DNA of 64,000 nucleotides from Nitrospirota bacterium (GCA_963721805.1 CAVRJY010000001.1:736001-800000), one strand, 5' to 3'; shown: positions 32,600 to 43,460, numbered from the stretch's first letter. Made by a program: numbers and translations. Notes: a model not told the origin generated them from the letters alone.

Positions 32600-33661
32600 A
32601 TGATAAAGCGCAAAAAGACCAATACGATCCAAGTAGGCCCGGTCGCGATAGGCGGCCGAAGCCCGATCAGCGTGCAGTCCATGACCAAGACCGACACGCG
32701 GGACGTCCGCGCCACGTCGGCCCAGATCAGGGCGCTCGCAGCCGAGGGCTGCGATATCATACGCATCGCGATCCCTGATATCGAGGCCGCTATGGCGCTC
32801 GGGCCGATAATAAAGCGCTCTCCGATCCCGGTGATCGCGGACATACACTTCGACTGGAGACTCGCGCTCGAGGCCATACGCCAGGGCGTGGCCGGCCTGC
32901 GCATCAACCCCGGCAATATCGGGGCCGGGTGGAAGGTGCGCGAGGTCGTCGAGGCGATGAAGGACAAGGGCATCGCGCTTCGGGTAGGCGTAAACGCAGG
33001 GTCGCTGGAGAAGGACCTCTTAAAGAAATACGGCCACCCGGTAGCTGAGGCCCTGGTCGAGAGCGCCGAGCGCCATGTCTCGATGGTAGAGGAGCTTGGT
33101 TTTCATAACGTGAAAGTATCCTTAAAGGCATCCGGTGTCCTGCCCACGGTCGAGGCCTACCGCCTTTTTAGCAAGCGCCACCGCCACCCGCTGCACATAG
33201 GCATATCGGAGGCCGGGCCGCTGGAGCCTGGGCTGGTCAAGAGCGGAGTTGGGCTAGGTATTCTCCTGAACGAGGGGATCGGCGATACGGTGCGCGTCTC
33301 GCTCACGGCCGACCCGCGCGAGGAGGTCCGCGCCGCGTTCGAGATACTGCGCTCGCTCGGCCTTCGGAATCACGGGGTCGAGCTGGTCTCATGCCCCACC
33401 TGCGGCAGGACTTGCGTCGACCTGAAGGGCCTGGTGCGCGGCGTGGGCAAGAGGCTGCGCGGCATCCATACCCCGATGACCGTCGCTGTGATGGGATGCG
33501 CCGTCAACGGCCCCGGCGAGGCGCGAGAGGCGGACTTCGGCATCGCCTCGGGCAAGGGCACGGGGCTGGTATTTAAGAAGGGCAAGGTCATAGCGAAGGT
33601 AGCGGAAGACAGGCTCGTAAACACGCTCATGGCCGAGATAGAGAAATCGGGGGTCAAGTAA
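32600..33661 (+). CDS. ispG: HMBPP synthase
   Basis: VQSMT, ADIHFD, RINPGN, SCPTCGR, VMGCAVNGPGE. Confidence 0.97.
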   Translation: MIKRKKTNTIQVGPVAIGGRSPISVQSMTKTDTRDVRATSAQIRALAAEGCDIIRIAIPDIEAAMALGPIIKRSPIPVIADIHFDWRLALEAIRQGVAGLRINPGNIGAGWKVREVVEAMKDKGIALRVGVNAGSLEKDLLKKYGHPVAEALVESAERHVSMVEELGFHNVKVSLKASGVLPTVEAYRLFSKRHRHPLHIGISEAGPLEPGLVKSGVGLGILLNEGIGDTVRVSLTADPREEVRAAFEILRSLGLRNHGVELVSCPTCGRTCVDLKGLVRGVGKRLRGIHTPMTVAVMGCAVNGPGEAREADFGIASGKGTGLVFKKGKVIAKVAEDRLVNTLMAEIEKSGVK

Positions 33662-33663
33662 TC

Positions 33664-34509
33664 ATGGAGATCATACGCATACCGAGGATAATGCAGGACA
33701 CCTCGCTCGGCCACATCCTAAGGAGCCGGACAATCGGGTTCGTCCCGACGATGGGGGCTTTGCATGACGGGCACCTATCGCTGATGCATGCCGCGAAGCA
33801 GGAAAATGACGTAGTCGTCGCGAGCGTATTTTTGAACCCAACGCAGTTCGGCCCCAATGAAGACCTCTCGGATTACCCGCAGGACTACGAGGCCGATATC
33901 AAGACGCTGAGGTCCACCGGCGTGGACTACGCCTTCGTGCCCGCGCCCCGGGCCATGTACCCCGAGGGATACTCTACGACCATACACGTCGGGGGCATAA
34001 CCGGACGGCTCTGCGGCGCGTTTCGGCCCGGGCACTTCGACGGCGTTGCGACGGTCGTCGCGAAGCTGTTGACGATAGTCCGGCCGAAGAGGGCTTACTT
34101 CGGGCTCAAGGACTATCAGCAGTGCCAGGTGATCGAGCGGCTCGTGGCCGACCTGAACCTCCCGGTCGAGGTCGTCGAATGCCCCACGGTGCGCGAGCAC
34201 GACGGGCTTGCCATGAGCTCGCGCAACAGATACCTGAGCGAGACCGAGCGCAAGGCCGCAACTGTGGTATACCGCACGCTTGAGGCCGCGGCATGCGAGG
34301 CCCGCGCGGGCGGCAAGACCGGCCCCCGGATAGACGAACTGATGGCCGCCGCGCTCCGCGCAGAGCCGCTCGTAACGGAGATCCAGTATGCCGGCGCGTT
34401 CGACCCCGATACGCTGGAACCCGTCGCTGGAACGCTCGGGGAGCGCACGCTCCTTGCGGTCGCGCTTAAGATAGGCAAGACGAGGCTGATCGACAACCTG
34501 GTGGTATAG
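33664..34509 (+). CDS. panC: Pantoate-beta-alanine ligase
   Basis: VPTMGALHDGH, RPGHFDGV, FGLKDYQQ, GLAMSSRN, RLIDN. Confidence 0.97.
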   Translation: MEIIRIPRIMQDTSLGHILRSRTIGFVPTMGALHDGHLSLMHAAKQENDVVVASVFLNPTQFGPNEDLSDYPQDYEADIKTLRSTGVDYAFVPAPRAMYPEGYSTTIHVGGITGRLCGAFRPGHFDGVATVVAKLLTIVRPKRAYFGLKDYQQCQVIERLVADLNLPVEVVECPTVREHDGLAMSSRNRYLSETERKAATVVYRTLEAAACEARAGGKTGPRIDELMAAALRAEPLVTEIQYAGAFDPDTLEPVAGTLGERTLLAVALKIGKTRLIDNLVV

Positions 34510-34526
34510 GGCAGGGGGAGCGGCTG

Positions 34527-36233
34527 TTACGGGTGCGTCAGGCGCGGCAGCGTGACCCTGAACTCCGTGCCGCCCTCGCCGAGCACTTCAATCTCGCCGT
34601 CCATCTGAGTGGCGAGTGACCTTACGAGCGACATCCCGAGCGAGTCGGTCTTGCTTATATTGAAGTCCGGGCGTATCCCGGCCCCGTTGTCCTTCACGCC
34701 AAGCCTCCAGACGCCGTCACCGGCCTCGCGCAGGTATACCTCGATCAGCCCTGAGCGCCCTTCCGGGAAGGCGTACTTTATGGCGTTCGTCACGAGTTCG
34801 TTTATGATAAGCCCGCAGTAGTTCGCGGTGTCGACGTCCAGTGAGATCTCCGGCACGCTGGTCACGATCCTTATGTCCGGGTTTTCTAGCCTGTAGGTGC
34901 TCAGTATCTGGTCCGTGAGCCTTTGGGCAAACTCAGAGAAATCTATCCTCGATCCCTCGGGGGATTTCTGTAGCCGCTCGTGGATCATGCCCATAGCCGC
35001 CACGCGGGAGCGGCATTCGTTCAGGAGCTGCTTGGCGTCCTCGTCCTCGGTGCCGTGCGACTGGAGTTTCAGCAGGCTGGTTATCACGTTTAGGTTGTTC
35101 TTGGCCCGGTGGTTGATCTCCTGCGTGAGGATCTCCTTTTCCCTGAGCAGCTGCTCGAGCCGCAGCTCCTGGAGCTTCCGGTCCGTGATGTCCCTCATCA
35201 CGACGAGCTTGGCGAACCCGCCGTCGGGTTTCACGATCCTGATCTGGTGGCTCTCGAAGTATTTGTTCAGGTGAGCCATGTGCCGCTCCATGATCACGTT
35301 GCTGCCGCTGAAGACCTCCGCGTTGCGGCACCAGGGGCAGGGGGCGTCAAGCTTGTGCTGGTAAGCGTAGCACTTCGTGCCGCGCGCGCAGGGGCCGAAG
35401 AGCTTTTCACACGATTTGTTCGCGAACTCTATCTCGAAGTCCTGGTTGGTGATGTTTACGGCGTCGAGCATCGAGTCGTATATGAGCTTGAAGTGCTGGA
35501 ACCCTTCATCAGTCTTAAGCAGGGAATTGAGCTTGTTCTGGAGCGTCTTAAATTCCGTGATGTCGTCGCCGATGAGCACGAAGCCGCCGTCGCCCCCGGC
35601 GGGGATCAGGCTGACCTTCCACCAGGCGTGGTAATCGTTGCGGATGCGGACGGCCTCCATGGTGCGTTCCTCGCCCTGAAGCACGCGCTTCATCTCGGCC
35701 TCGGCCAGCTCCCGGAACTCATCATGCCAGATGTCCTGAAACCGGCTCCCGAGGATCTCGTCCCCGGCCCCCATCTTCTTGAGGCCTTCCCTGTTGATCG
35801 TCAGGCATGTACCATGCCTGTCAAAGGTCATCGCTCATATCGGGGCGAAATTCTCGATTATCCGGTTGCCGAGGCCCTCGTCCGTGGCGCGCCGGGGCTC
35901 CCTGGCCTCTTTCGCTATATGGATGAGGGCGGTCATGTCGCCCTTCTGGTCGAACTGGGGGATCGCCCTTAGCTGTATGAACTTCCCGACCTTCGGCTCG
36001 AAGTACTCGTGAGCTATCTCCTTCTTCGTCTGCCAGCAGCCGCAGCTCAGGCAAAACTCGGGAGGGGCGTTGAGGCCGTGATAGTGGCTGTAGCATTTTC
36101 CGGCCCTCTGGGGGTCGATCGCGAAGAAGGCCTCGGCCGCCTTGTTGGCGTACAGGACGTTAAAGTCCCTGTCGTGGACCGTGATGGAGTCCGTCAGGGA
36201 AAGGAAGGTGTCTAAGAGATTAACTTTTCCCAT
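34527..36233 (-). CDS. Triple-PAS histidine kinase (HisKA_2 type) interrupted by an in-frame TGA at 35835-35837
   Basis: ORFs 35835-36233 and 34527-35831 are in the same frame; EINHRAKNNL H-box, NELVTNAIKYAF, DNGAG, SLGMSL. Confidence 0.8.
35802..35820 (-). promoter_or_regulatory. SECIS-like stem-loop just 3' of the in-frame UGA
   Basis: CAGGCATG-GTA-CATGCCTG starting 15 nt after the UGA on the minus strand. Confidence 0.4.
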
Positions 36234-36400
36234 ACCGATGGTGAACGGCTATCCCCCTCCTGTGTGAATATTAGCCTTATCGCAACTGTTAAGTCAATGA
36301 TTTTCATGCCGCCCGGCGGCGGCTGGCGCGAGGGGGCGTTCAGTGCGCCCGGCCGCCGGGGACGGGGCGGTTGCAGCCCCATATATCTCCTTATTACTAT

Positions 36401-36430
36401 TTGACAAATCCACCACCCCGAAAGTATCAT
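36401..36430 (+). promoter_or_regulatory. Putative sigma70 promoter of the glutamate synthase operon
   Basis: TTGACA-N18-TATCAT. Confidence 0.5.
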
Positions 36431-36519
36431 AAAATTTCACGGCAAGTGATGGCCGTTTTTTGCGCGCCACAGCTATCGGCGCTTAACCGGATGCCGGAAA
36501 GAGGCGGAATAATAAGGAA

Positions 36520-37633
36520 ATGTGCAGACTAGCGGCCATAACGTCAAGTAAGTATTTCTCACCGATCGAGAACGTCATCGCGCTTGAGACGATGAAAGAG
36601 GGCCATGACGGCTCGGGCATGGGCCTTGCGCTTCAGGACCTCGGGGGCGAGTTCCGCGAGCTAAAGAGCTACCCCGTGCTCTCCGGCATATGCTCGGACG
36701 AGGGCATGCAGGCCCTCAACGCGTACATGGGCAAGCAAGGGTTCAAGGAGGTCCACTCCTGGAGCCCGAAGCTCAGGCCCGTAAAGGGCATCACGCCGCG
36801 CGACCAGTACTTCGCCAAGTTCTACAAGCTCCCGGCCGCCTACAAGGGCAAGTCGAAAGAGGAGCAGGAAGAGTTGCTCGTGCGCACGCGCCTGGCGCTT
36901 CGCATACTCGGCGAGCAGCGACGAGTCCATAGTCGTTTTCTCGTTCTACCCCGACGTGCTCATATTAAAGGAAGTCGGCGACCCGCTGGAACTTGCCGAG
37001 TTCTTCAGCCTCGACAACTCCAGCCTCAAGGCCAGGGTGATACTCGCGCAGGGCAGGCAGAACACGAACTACGCGATCAACCTCTACGCCTGCCATCCGT
37101 TCTTCCTCCAGGGTTTCTGCTCGATGACGAACGGCGAGAACACCGCGTTCATCCCCATCCGCGAGTACCTGCAAAGCCGCTGCGTGCCCGGCTATGTCGG
37201 CTATAACAGCGACAGCGAGGTCTTCACGCACATCCTGCACTACGCGGTCAACGTGCTCGGATTCCCGCTGACGTACTATAAGGACATCATCACCCCCATG
37301 ACGCAGGCCGAGATCGCAAATAGGCCGGACGCCCAGGCGCTCACGCTCCTCAAGCAGAGCCTCCGCATGCTGACCATCGACGGGCCGAACTGCAACATAG
37401 GCTTCCTGCCGGACGGAACGTGCTACATGGTGCAGGACGCCAAGAAGCTCCGCCCCGGCGCGGTGGGCGGCATCGCGGGCGAGAAGTTCGCGCTGATGAG
37501 CGAGGAGTGCGGCGTGGAGAAGGCCGTGCCCGGCCGCGACAAGGGCCTCGACATATTCCCGATGAAATACGACATGGTAATCATAGCCCCAGGGGCGAAG
37601 GAGGTCAGGGTATGGAATCAGCTCAAAGGTTAG
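36520..37633 (+). pseudogene. Glutamate synthase class II amidotransferase subunit with a +1 frameshift near 36913-36920
   Basis: N-terminal MCRL (Ntn Cys) and EGHDGSG in the first frame; QGRQNTN, CHPFF, NGEN, SDSE, DGP, LRP in the next frame. Confidence 0.8.
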
Positions 37634-39267
37634 ACAATAACCACGAGATCACCCTCAAGGACCTCCCGTACATCATAAGGTGGAGCGACGCGCGCTGCAA
37701 GCGCTGCGGCCGCTGCACCGCGATCTGCCCGGTGAAGGCCATCGAGCCGACGGTCAACGTCAGGCGGCACGTCTACTCCGAAGAAGCCGCGCCCAATCCC
37801 AAGGCCACCCGCCGCATCGTGCACACGGTCGAGCAGGTCAAGGAGATCAACCGCTACTGCACGGGCTGCGCCATGTGCCAGCTCGTATGCCCCAACGAGG
37901 CCATCGAGCCCGAGTTCAACCCGAGGCACAAGTTCCTCACCTTCAAAAACCAGGGCGGCGAGCCCCACAAGCGCGGCGGCCGCAGGAACGACCCCTCGAT
38001 CTCGACGCTGGACAAGCTTAAATTCACGCGCATCTCGATGCTCACGGACCCGGCGCTCGACGCCGGACGGCACGAGTTCCGCATACGCACCTACCTGGGC
38101 CGCATACTGCCGCCCACCGGGCTTCCCCTGGCGCGCGATGGCGAGAGCCTCGTCGTCACCCCCGGAGGGTTCGTCCCGCCGGTGCGCGAGATATACCCCA
38201 TCATGATCGGCAGCATGTCTGTCGGCGCGCTCTCCCCGCATATGTGGGAGGGGCTCGCGATGGGCGTGGCCTACCTAAACGAAGAACTCGGGCTGCCGGT
38301 CGTGATGGCCTCCGGAGAGGGCGGCCTGCCGCAGCGCCTGCTGAAGTCCCGCTTCCTGAAATACTTCATCCTGCAGATCGCCTCGGGATATTTCGGCTGG
38401 GACGAGATCGTCCGCTCCCTGCCGCACATGGTCGAGGACCCCTGCGCTATAGAGATAAAGTACGGCCAGGGCGCGAAGCCCGGCGACGGCGGCCTGCTGA
38501 TGGCCTATAAGGTCCTGAAGCTCATAGCCAGCATCCGGGGCGTGCCGATGTACGTCGATCTCGCATCGCCGCCGACGCACCAGACGAAGTACTCCATCGA
38601 GGAGGCCGTGGCCAAGATGATCCAGTCGATGTCGATGGCCTGGGGCTTCCGCGTGCCGGTCTATCCGAAGATCTCGGGCACCAAGACCGCGCGCGCGGTG
38701 CTCAACAACCTCGCCCGCAACCCTTATGCGGCCGGGCTTTATATAGACGGCGAGGACGGCGGCACCGGCGCGGCCTATAACGTATCGATGGACAAGATGG
38801 GCCACCCGATAGCGACCAACCTGCGCGAGTGCTACCTCGACCTGGTAAAGCAGGGCAAGCAGAACGAGCTTCCGCTGATCGCCGCAGGCGGCGTGGGCAA
38901 GAAGGGCAACCTCGCGGCCAACGCAGCGGCGCTCATCATGCTCGGGGCCTCCGGCGTGGCGATCGGCAAATACATCATGCAGGCCGCGGCCGACTGCCTC
39001 GGCGACGAGAACAACCGTTGCAACCTCTGCAACACCGGGCGCTGCCCGCGCGGCATCACCACGCAGGACCCGAAGATCTACCGCAGGCTGGACCCGGACA
39101 AGGTCGCCGAGCGCGTCGTGGACGTGTTCAAGGCCGCTGACATTGAACTGAAAAAGATATTCGCGCCGATGGGCCGGAGCACCGAGCTCCCGATAGGGAT
39201 GTCCGACGGCCTTAGCGTTTCGGACAAGGCCATCGCCGAGAAACTGGGAATAAGCTATGCCTGCTAA
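37612..39267 (+). CDS. Glutamate synthase FMN-binding subunit with N-terminal 2x[4Fe-4S] ferredoxin
   Basis: CKRCGRCTAICP, CTGCAMCQLVCP, SGEGG, QIASG, EIKYGQGAKPGDGG, CNTGRCPRGITTQ. Confidence 0.9.
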   Translation: MESAQRLDNNHEITLKDLPYIIRWSDARCKRCGRCTAICPVKAIEPTVNVRRHVYSEEAAPNPKATRRIVHTVEQVKEINRYCTGCAMCQLVCPNEAIEPEFNPRHKFLTFKNQGGEPHKRGGRRNDPSISTLDKLKFTRISMLTDPALDAGRHEFRIRTYLGRILPPTGLPLARDGESLVVTPGGFVPPVREIYPIMIGSMSVGALSPHMWEGLAMGVAYLNEELGLPVVMASGEGGLPQRLLKSRFLKYFILQIASGYFGWDEIVRSLPHMVEDPCAIEIKYGQGAKPGDGGLLMAYKVLKLIASIRGVPMYVDLASPPTHQTKYSIEEAVAKMIQSMSMAWGFRVPVYPKISGTKTARAVLNNLARNPYAAGLYIDGEDGGTGAAYNVSMDKMGHPIATNLRECYLDLVKQGKQNELPLIAAGGVGKKGNLAANAAALIMLGASGVAIGKYIMQAAADCLGDENNRCNLCNTGRCPRGITTQDPKIYRRLDPDKVAERVVDVFKAADIELKKIFAPMGRSTELPIGMSDGLSVSDKAIAEKLGISYAC

Positions 39268-41671
39268 GAAGACGACGAAGAAGACCGTGGCCAAGGCCGC
39301 GGTAAAGAAGGCCGACAAAGTTAAGATACTTGAGGGAAATATAGTGCCCTCTAACGTGATCGAGGGCAACGTAAACGGCAACCGCGTACCTTCGCGCATA
39401 CTCGAGGAGCGCGTGCAGAAGGCCGTCGCGGACGGCATGCGCGAGTTCACGGTTATAGCCGACGGCCAGCACGGCATCGGCGGCCGCATCTGGCCGCGCC
39501 CGGAGCCGGTGCGCATCACTATCGAGGGCCGCGCCGGCCAGCGCGTCGGCAGCATGGGCATGGACGGCACCGAGATCGTGGTCAAGGACTCAGCATCTGA
39601 CGACGTCGGGTGGATCAACTGCGGCGCGAAGATCACCGTGCTTGGCGACGTCACCAACGGCGCGCATAACGCTGCGGCGCAGGGCGTGCTCTACGTCCAG
39701 GGCGGCGGCGGCGCGCGCTGCGACACGATGACCAAGCACAATCCAAGATTCGCCCCGCCTCAGTCGTGGTATTTCCGAAACGTAGGCGACACCTTCGCCG
39801 AGTTCAAGGCCGGAGGCATCGCGGTCGTGTGCGGCGTCAACCCGCGCGACCCCGAAAACATCCTAGGCAACCGCCCGTGCGTGGGCATGGTCGGGGGCGT
39901 GGTCTACTTCCGCGGCCCGATCCGCAACTACAGCACAGGCGACGTAAAGCTCGCCGAACTCACCCCGCAGGACTGGGAGTGGCTTACAGAGAACATGAAG
40001 CCGTATCTCAAGGCCATAGACCGCGAGGGCTATTATAAAGAGCTAACCAACTCCATCACTGACTGGAAGAAGTTCATCGCATACACCCCGGCCGAGAAGG
40101 TGCAGCTAAAAAAGAGAAAGCTCGGCGCCGAGGAGTTCAGAAAGACGGTATGGGAGAAGGAAGTCGGCGTCGGCGGAATTTTCGGCGCATACCTCACGCA
40201 CGACCGCACGATACTGCCATACGTCACGACCGGCAACGAGCGCAGAAACAAGCCGGTATGGTCCAATGACAAGTACCTGCCGCCGTGCGCGTACAACTGC
40301 CCCACCCGCATCCCTTCGCACAAGCGGGCCACCCTCATACGGCAGGGCCGCGTCAAGGAAGCGCTGAACCTCGTGCTCAACTACAGCCCGCTCCCGGCGA
40401 CCGTATGCGGCGAGATATGCCCGAACCTCTGCATGCAGCACTGCACGCGCGGCAGGGTGGACAGGCCGCTTAACATCAAAGAGTACGGCAAGCTCGCGCT
40501 CGAGCTCCAAGCGCCAAAGCGCGCGCCCTCGACCGGATACAAGATCGGCATCATCGGCGGCGGCCCGGCCGGGCTCTCGGCCGCATGGCAGCTCGGCCTG
40601 AGCGGCCATACCGTGAACCTCTACGAGGCCGTCGACAAGCTCGGCGGCAAGCTCGAGCTCTGCATCCCGCGCGAGCGGCTTCCGCAGGCCGTGCTCCAGA
40701 AGGAGCTATCCCGCTTCGGAGAGGTCGGCGTCAAGGTCCACCTGGGCCAGAAGGTCAACCGCGCCGAGTTCGACCGCATATACGCAGAAAACGACGCGGT
40801 GATCGTCGCATGCGGCGCTCACAAGCCGCGCATCATACAGTTCCCCGGCTCAGAGAGCGTCATACCTGCAATAGACTTCCTCAAGGGCGTGAACTTCGGC
40901 AAGCCTATCGCGCTTGGCGGCAAGAATGTAGTGATCATAGGCGCGGGCAACGTCGGCATGGACGTCGCCGTTGAGGCGTACAACTGCGGCGCGGCCTCCG
41001 TGACCGCGATAGACGTGCAGAAGCCCGCGGCGTTCGGCAAGGAGCTTGACGCGGCAGCCGCCCGCGGCACCAAGGTCCTCTGGCCCCGCTTCACCGACCA
41101 CTATGACCACGATGCGCACCTGCTTCATTTCAAGGACGGAACGACGCTTGAGGCCGACGAGGTCATCATGTCCATAGGCGAGGTCCCTATGCTCGATTTC
41201 CTGCCGCCCGAGATCCATACCGAGCGCGGCTGGCTCAGCGTCAACAACCTGATGCAGACGACCGACATCAAGGTCTACGGCATAGGCGACGCCACGCGCC
41301 CCGGCCTCGTTACGCACGCGATAGGGCAGGGCCGCGACGTGGCCGAGGTCATTCACTCCGTGCTCATGCACTACGACTACCAGCCAGAGGTCAGGCAGCC
41401 GATAGCTTACGACCGCATCAAGACCGAATACTACGACATATGCCGCCTCAACGAGTTTTCGGCCGAGAAGGAGGCCGACGCCTGCATGTCGTGCGGGAGC
41501 TGCCGCGACTGCGGGATGTGCGAGCAGACCTGCTACTGGGGCGCGATCAGCCGCGTGGACCACGAGGGCGGCTCTTACGAATACGTCGTGGACCCCGATA
41601 AGTGCATAGGCTGCGGGTTCTGTGCGGGCGTATGTCCCTGTGGCGTCTGGGAGATGGTCGAAAACATCTGA
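39257..41671 (+). CDS. Glutamate synthase GXGXG domain fused to GltD-like FAD/NAD(P) oxidoreductase and ferredoxin
   Basis: GQHGIGG beta-helix repeats; CAYNCP, CGEICPNLC, IIGGGPAGL, IIGAGNVGMD, CIGCGFCAGVCP. Confidence 0.9.
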   Translation: MPAKKTTKKTVAKAAVKKADKVKILEGNIVPSNVIEGNVNGNRVPSRILEERVQKAVADGMREFTVIADGQHGIGGRIWPRPEPVRITIEGRAGQRVGSMGMDGTEIVVKDSASDDVGWINCGAKITVLGDVTNGAHNAAAQGVLYVQGGGGARCDTMTKHNPRFAPPQSWYFRNVGDTFAEFKAGGIAVVCGVNPRDPENILGNRPCVGMVGGVVYFRGPIRNYSTGDVKLAELTPQDWEWLTENMKPYLKAIDREGYYKELTNSITDWKKFIAYTPAEKVQLKKRKLGAEEFRKTVWEKEVGVGGIFGAYLTHDRTILPYVTTGNERRNKPVWSNDKYLPPCAYNCPTRIPSHKRATLIRQGRVKEALNLVLNYSPLPATVCGEICPNLCMQHCTRGRVDRPLNIKEYGKLALELQAPKRAPSTGYKIGIIGGGPAGLSAAWQLGLSGHTVNLYEAVDKLGGKLELCIPRERLPQAVLQKELSRFGEVGVKVHLGQKVNRAEFDRIYAENDAVIVACGAHKPRIIQFPGSESVIPAIDFLKGVNFGKPIALGGKNVVIIGAGNVGMDVAVEAYNCGAASVTAIDVQKPAAFGKELDAAAARGTKVLWPRFTDHYDHDAHLLHFKDGTTLEADEVIMSIGEVPMLDFLPPEIHTERGWLSVNNLMQTTDIKVYGIGDATRPGLVTHAIGQGRDVAEVIHSVLMHYDYQPEVRQPIAYDRIKTEYYDICRLNEFSAEKEADACMSCGSCRDCGMCEQTCYWGAISRVDHEGGSYEYVVDPDKCIGCGFCAGVCPCGVWEMVENI

Positions 41672-41681
41672 GGCCCCCACT

Positions 41682-42098
41682 ATGGAGTGGAAACAGGAGT
41701 ACTCGGTCGATATAGAGATCATAGACGCACAGCACAAGGAGCTTTTCAAGCGCATCAATAACCTTGTGCAGGATATAAAGCTCAAGCGCTGCAAGCTCAC
41801 GATTGACGGGACCACGAAGTTCCTCGAGGACTACGTGGTCAGCCACTTCGGCGCGGAGGAGCGCTATATGCAAGAATGCGGATACCCCGGCCTGGAGCTG
41901 CACCGCGCCCACCACCAGAAGTTCATGGCCGATTTCGAGGCCCTGAAGCGTGAGCTCGCGGCCGAGCACAGCTCCTATGGCCGTTCGGTGCGCACGAACC
42001 AGATCGTCGTGGACTGGATCATCGGGCACGTCACGAGCGAGGACCGCGAGTTCGGCGCATACCTCAAGGAAAAGGGCATCACGCTTAGGCCTCACTGA
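41682..42098 (+). CDS. Bacteriohemerythrin
   Basis: W...YS..IDAQHKELF, HFGAEE, HRAHH, WIIGHV..ED. Confidence 0.92.
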   Translation: MEWKQEYSVDIEIIDAQHKELFKRINNLVQDIKLKRCKLTIDGTTKFLEDYVVSHFGAEERYMQECGYPGLELHRAHHQKFMADFEALKRELAAEHSSYGRSVRTNQIVVDWIIGHVTSEDREFGAYLKEKGITLRPH

Positions 42099-42161
42099 CG
42101 CCACCAGCCGATGCAACCGTACGAACCGACAAATCCTGAAGGAACAGGGGCCTGAGGCCCC

Positions 42162-42893
42162 ATGGATACCACCCTCGACAGCATCCGCGAGCTCAGGTTC
42201 TACCAGTCCAAAGACGGCTACCGCTTCTCGATGGACCCGGTGCTTCTAAGCGATTTTATCTCGATGAGGTCGGCCAGACGGATACTGGACCTGGGTGCGG
42301 GCTCGGGCGTGCTCGGCCTCATGCTCGCCGCCCGCTATCCGAAGTCACATCTCACGATGGTCGAGCTTCAGGCTGGCCTGCATGCGCTGTGCGGGCGCAA
42401 TATCACTCTTAACGCGATGGCCGCGCGCGCCGAGGCAATCAAGGCCGACCTTGCCGCGTTGCCCTCTGAATATGCGGGCGCGTTCGACCTCGTCGTCTCG
42501 AACCCCCCGTTTCGGAGGCCGGCAACAGGGCTTTTGAGCGAGGGCGAGGAGCGCATGGTCGCTCGACACGAACTCAGGATGGACCTGAACGGGCTCGTCG
42601 CGTCCGCAGCGCGCGCGCTTAAGGAGCGCGGCAGGTTCGCTCTCGTATATCACCCCGCGAGGCTTGCCGAACTCCTGAGCGCAATGGCAGCCGCCTCGCT
42701 CGAGCCCAAGTGCATCAGGTTCGTGCATGGGAGGTTAGATAGCGAGGCCCGCATAGTGCTGGTCGAGGCCGTTAAGGGCGGCCGTCAGGGCGGGCTGAAG
42801 GTCCTCCCCCCGCTGGTCGTATACGGCGACGGGGGCGGGTATTCGGACGAGGTGCGCCGGATTTACAAGCTCGATGACCAAGGAATTGTATAA
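42162..42893 (+). CDS. tRNA1(Val) adenine-N6 methyltransferase family
   Basis: GYRFSMDPVLL, LDLGAGSG, SNPPF, ARHE. Confidence 0.88.
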   Translation: MDTTLDSIRELRFYQSKDGYRFSMDPVLLSDFISMRSARRILDLGAGSGVLGLMLAARYPKSHLTMVELQAGLHALCGRNITLNAMAARAEAIKADLAALPSEYAGAFDLVVSNPPFRRPATGLLSEGEERMVARHELRMDLNGLVASAARALKERGRFALVYHPARLAELLSAMAAASLEPKCIRFVHGRLDSEARIVLVEAVKGGRQGGLKVLPPLVVYGDGGGYSDEVRRIYKLDDQGIV

Positions 42894-42899
42894 TAGGGG

Positions 42900-43460
42900 A
42901 TGAGCATGAGCCCCGCACGCAAGATACTGATCGTGGTGCTGTCGCCCGTAATCCTGCTGGGCGCATACCTCCTGGGCCTTCTGGCCACTGACAACTTCCA
43001 CGCGATCACGCCGGGGGAGGCCTACCGCTCCGGGGTGATAGGCAGGCACCATCTCGAAGAATATATAAACCAATACGGGATCAAGAGCATCGTCAACCTG
43101 CGCGGGCCTTACAAGAAATCCGAGTGGTACAAAGACGAGCTCAGCCTGAGCGGGAAGTACGGCATCAGCCACTACGACCTCAAGCTCGACGACGCCTCCG
43201 AGCCCACGCCCGAGCAGGCGGCCGAGCTAGTGCAGATCATCACGACCGCCCCGCGGCCCGTGCTGTTTCACTGCTACCACGGGGCCGACCGCTCGGGGCT
43301 CGCGGCCGCGATGTGGAAGGTGCTCATAGATAACGAGCCCGCCAGTGACGCCTCCGGGCAGCTCTCGATAAGATACGGCCACATCCCGGTCGGAAAGACG
43401 ACCGCGATGGACAGGTTCTTCGCCGACTGGGCCGCGAACCGTAGGCAGTGCCCGCATTGA
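42900..43460 (+). CDS. Protein tyrosine/dual-specificity phosphatase family
   Basis: HCYHGADRSG (HCx5R); N-terminal TM. Confidence 0.85.
   Translation: MSMSPARKILIVVLSPVILLGAYLLGLLATDNFHAITPGEAYRSGVIGRHHLEEYINQYGIKSIVNLRGPYKKSEWYKDELSLSGKYGISHYDLKLDDASEPTPEQAAELVQIITTAPRPVLFHCYHGADRSGLAAAMWKVLIDNEPASDASGQLSIRYGHIPVGKTTAMDRFFADWAANRRQCPH

Noticed and set aside
36431..36519. Glutamine riboswitch in the glutamate synthase leader
   Set aside because: No recognisable glnA-motif consensus by eye; an Infernal scan would be needed to exclude it
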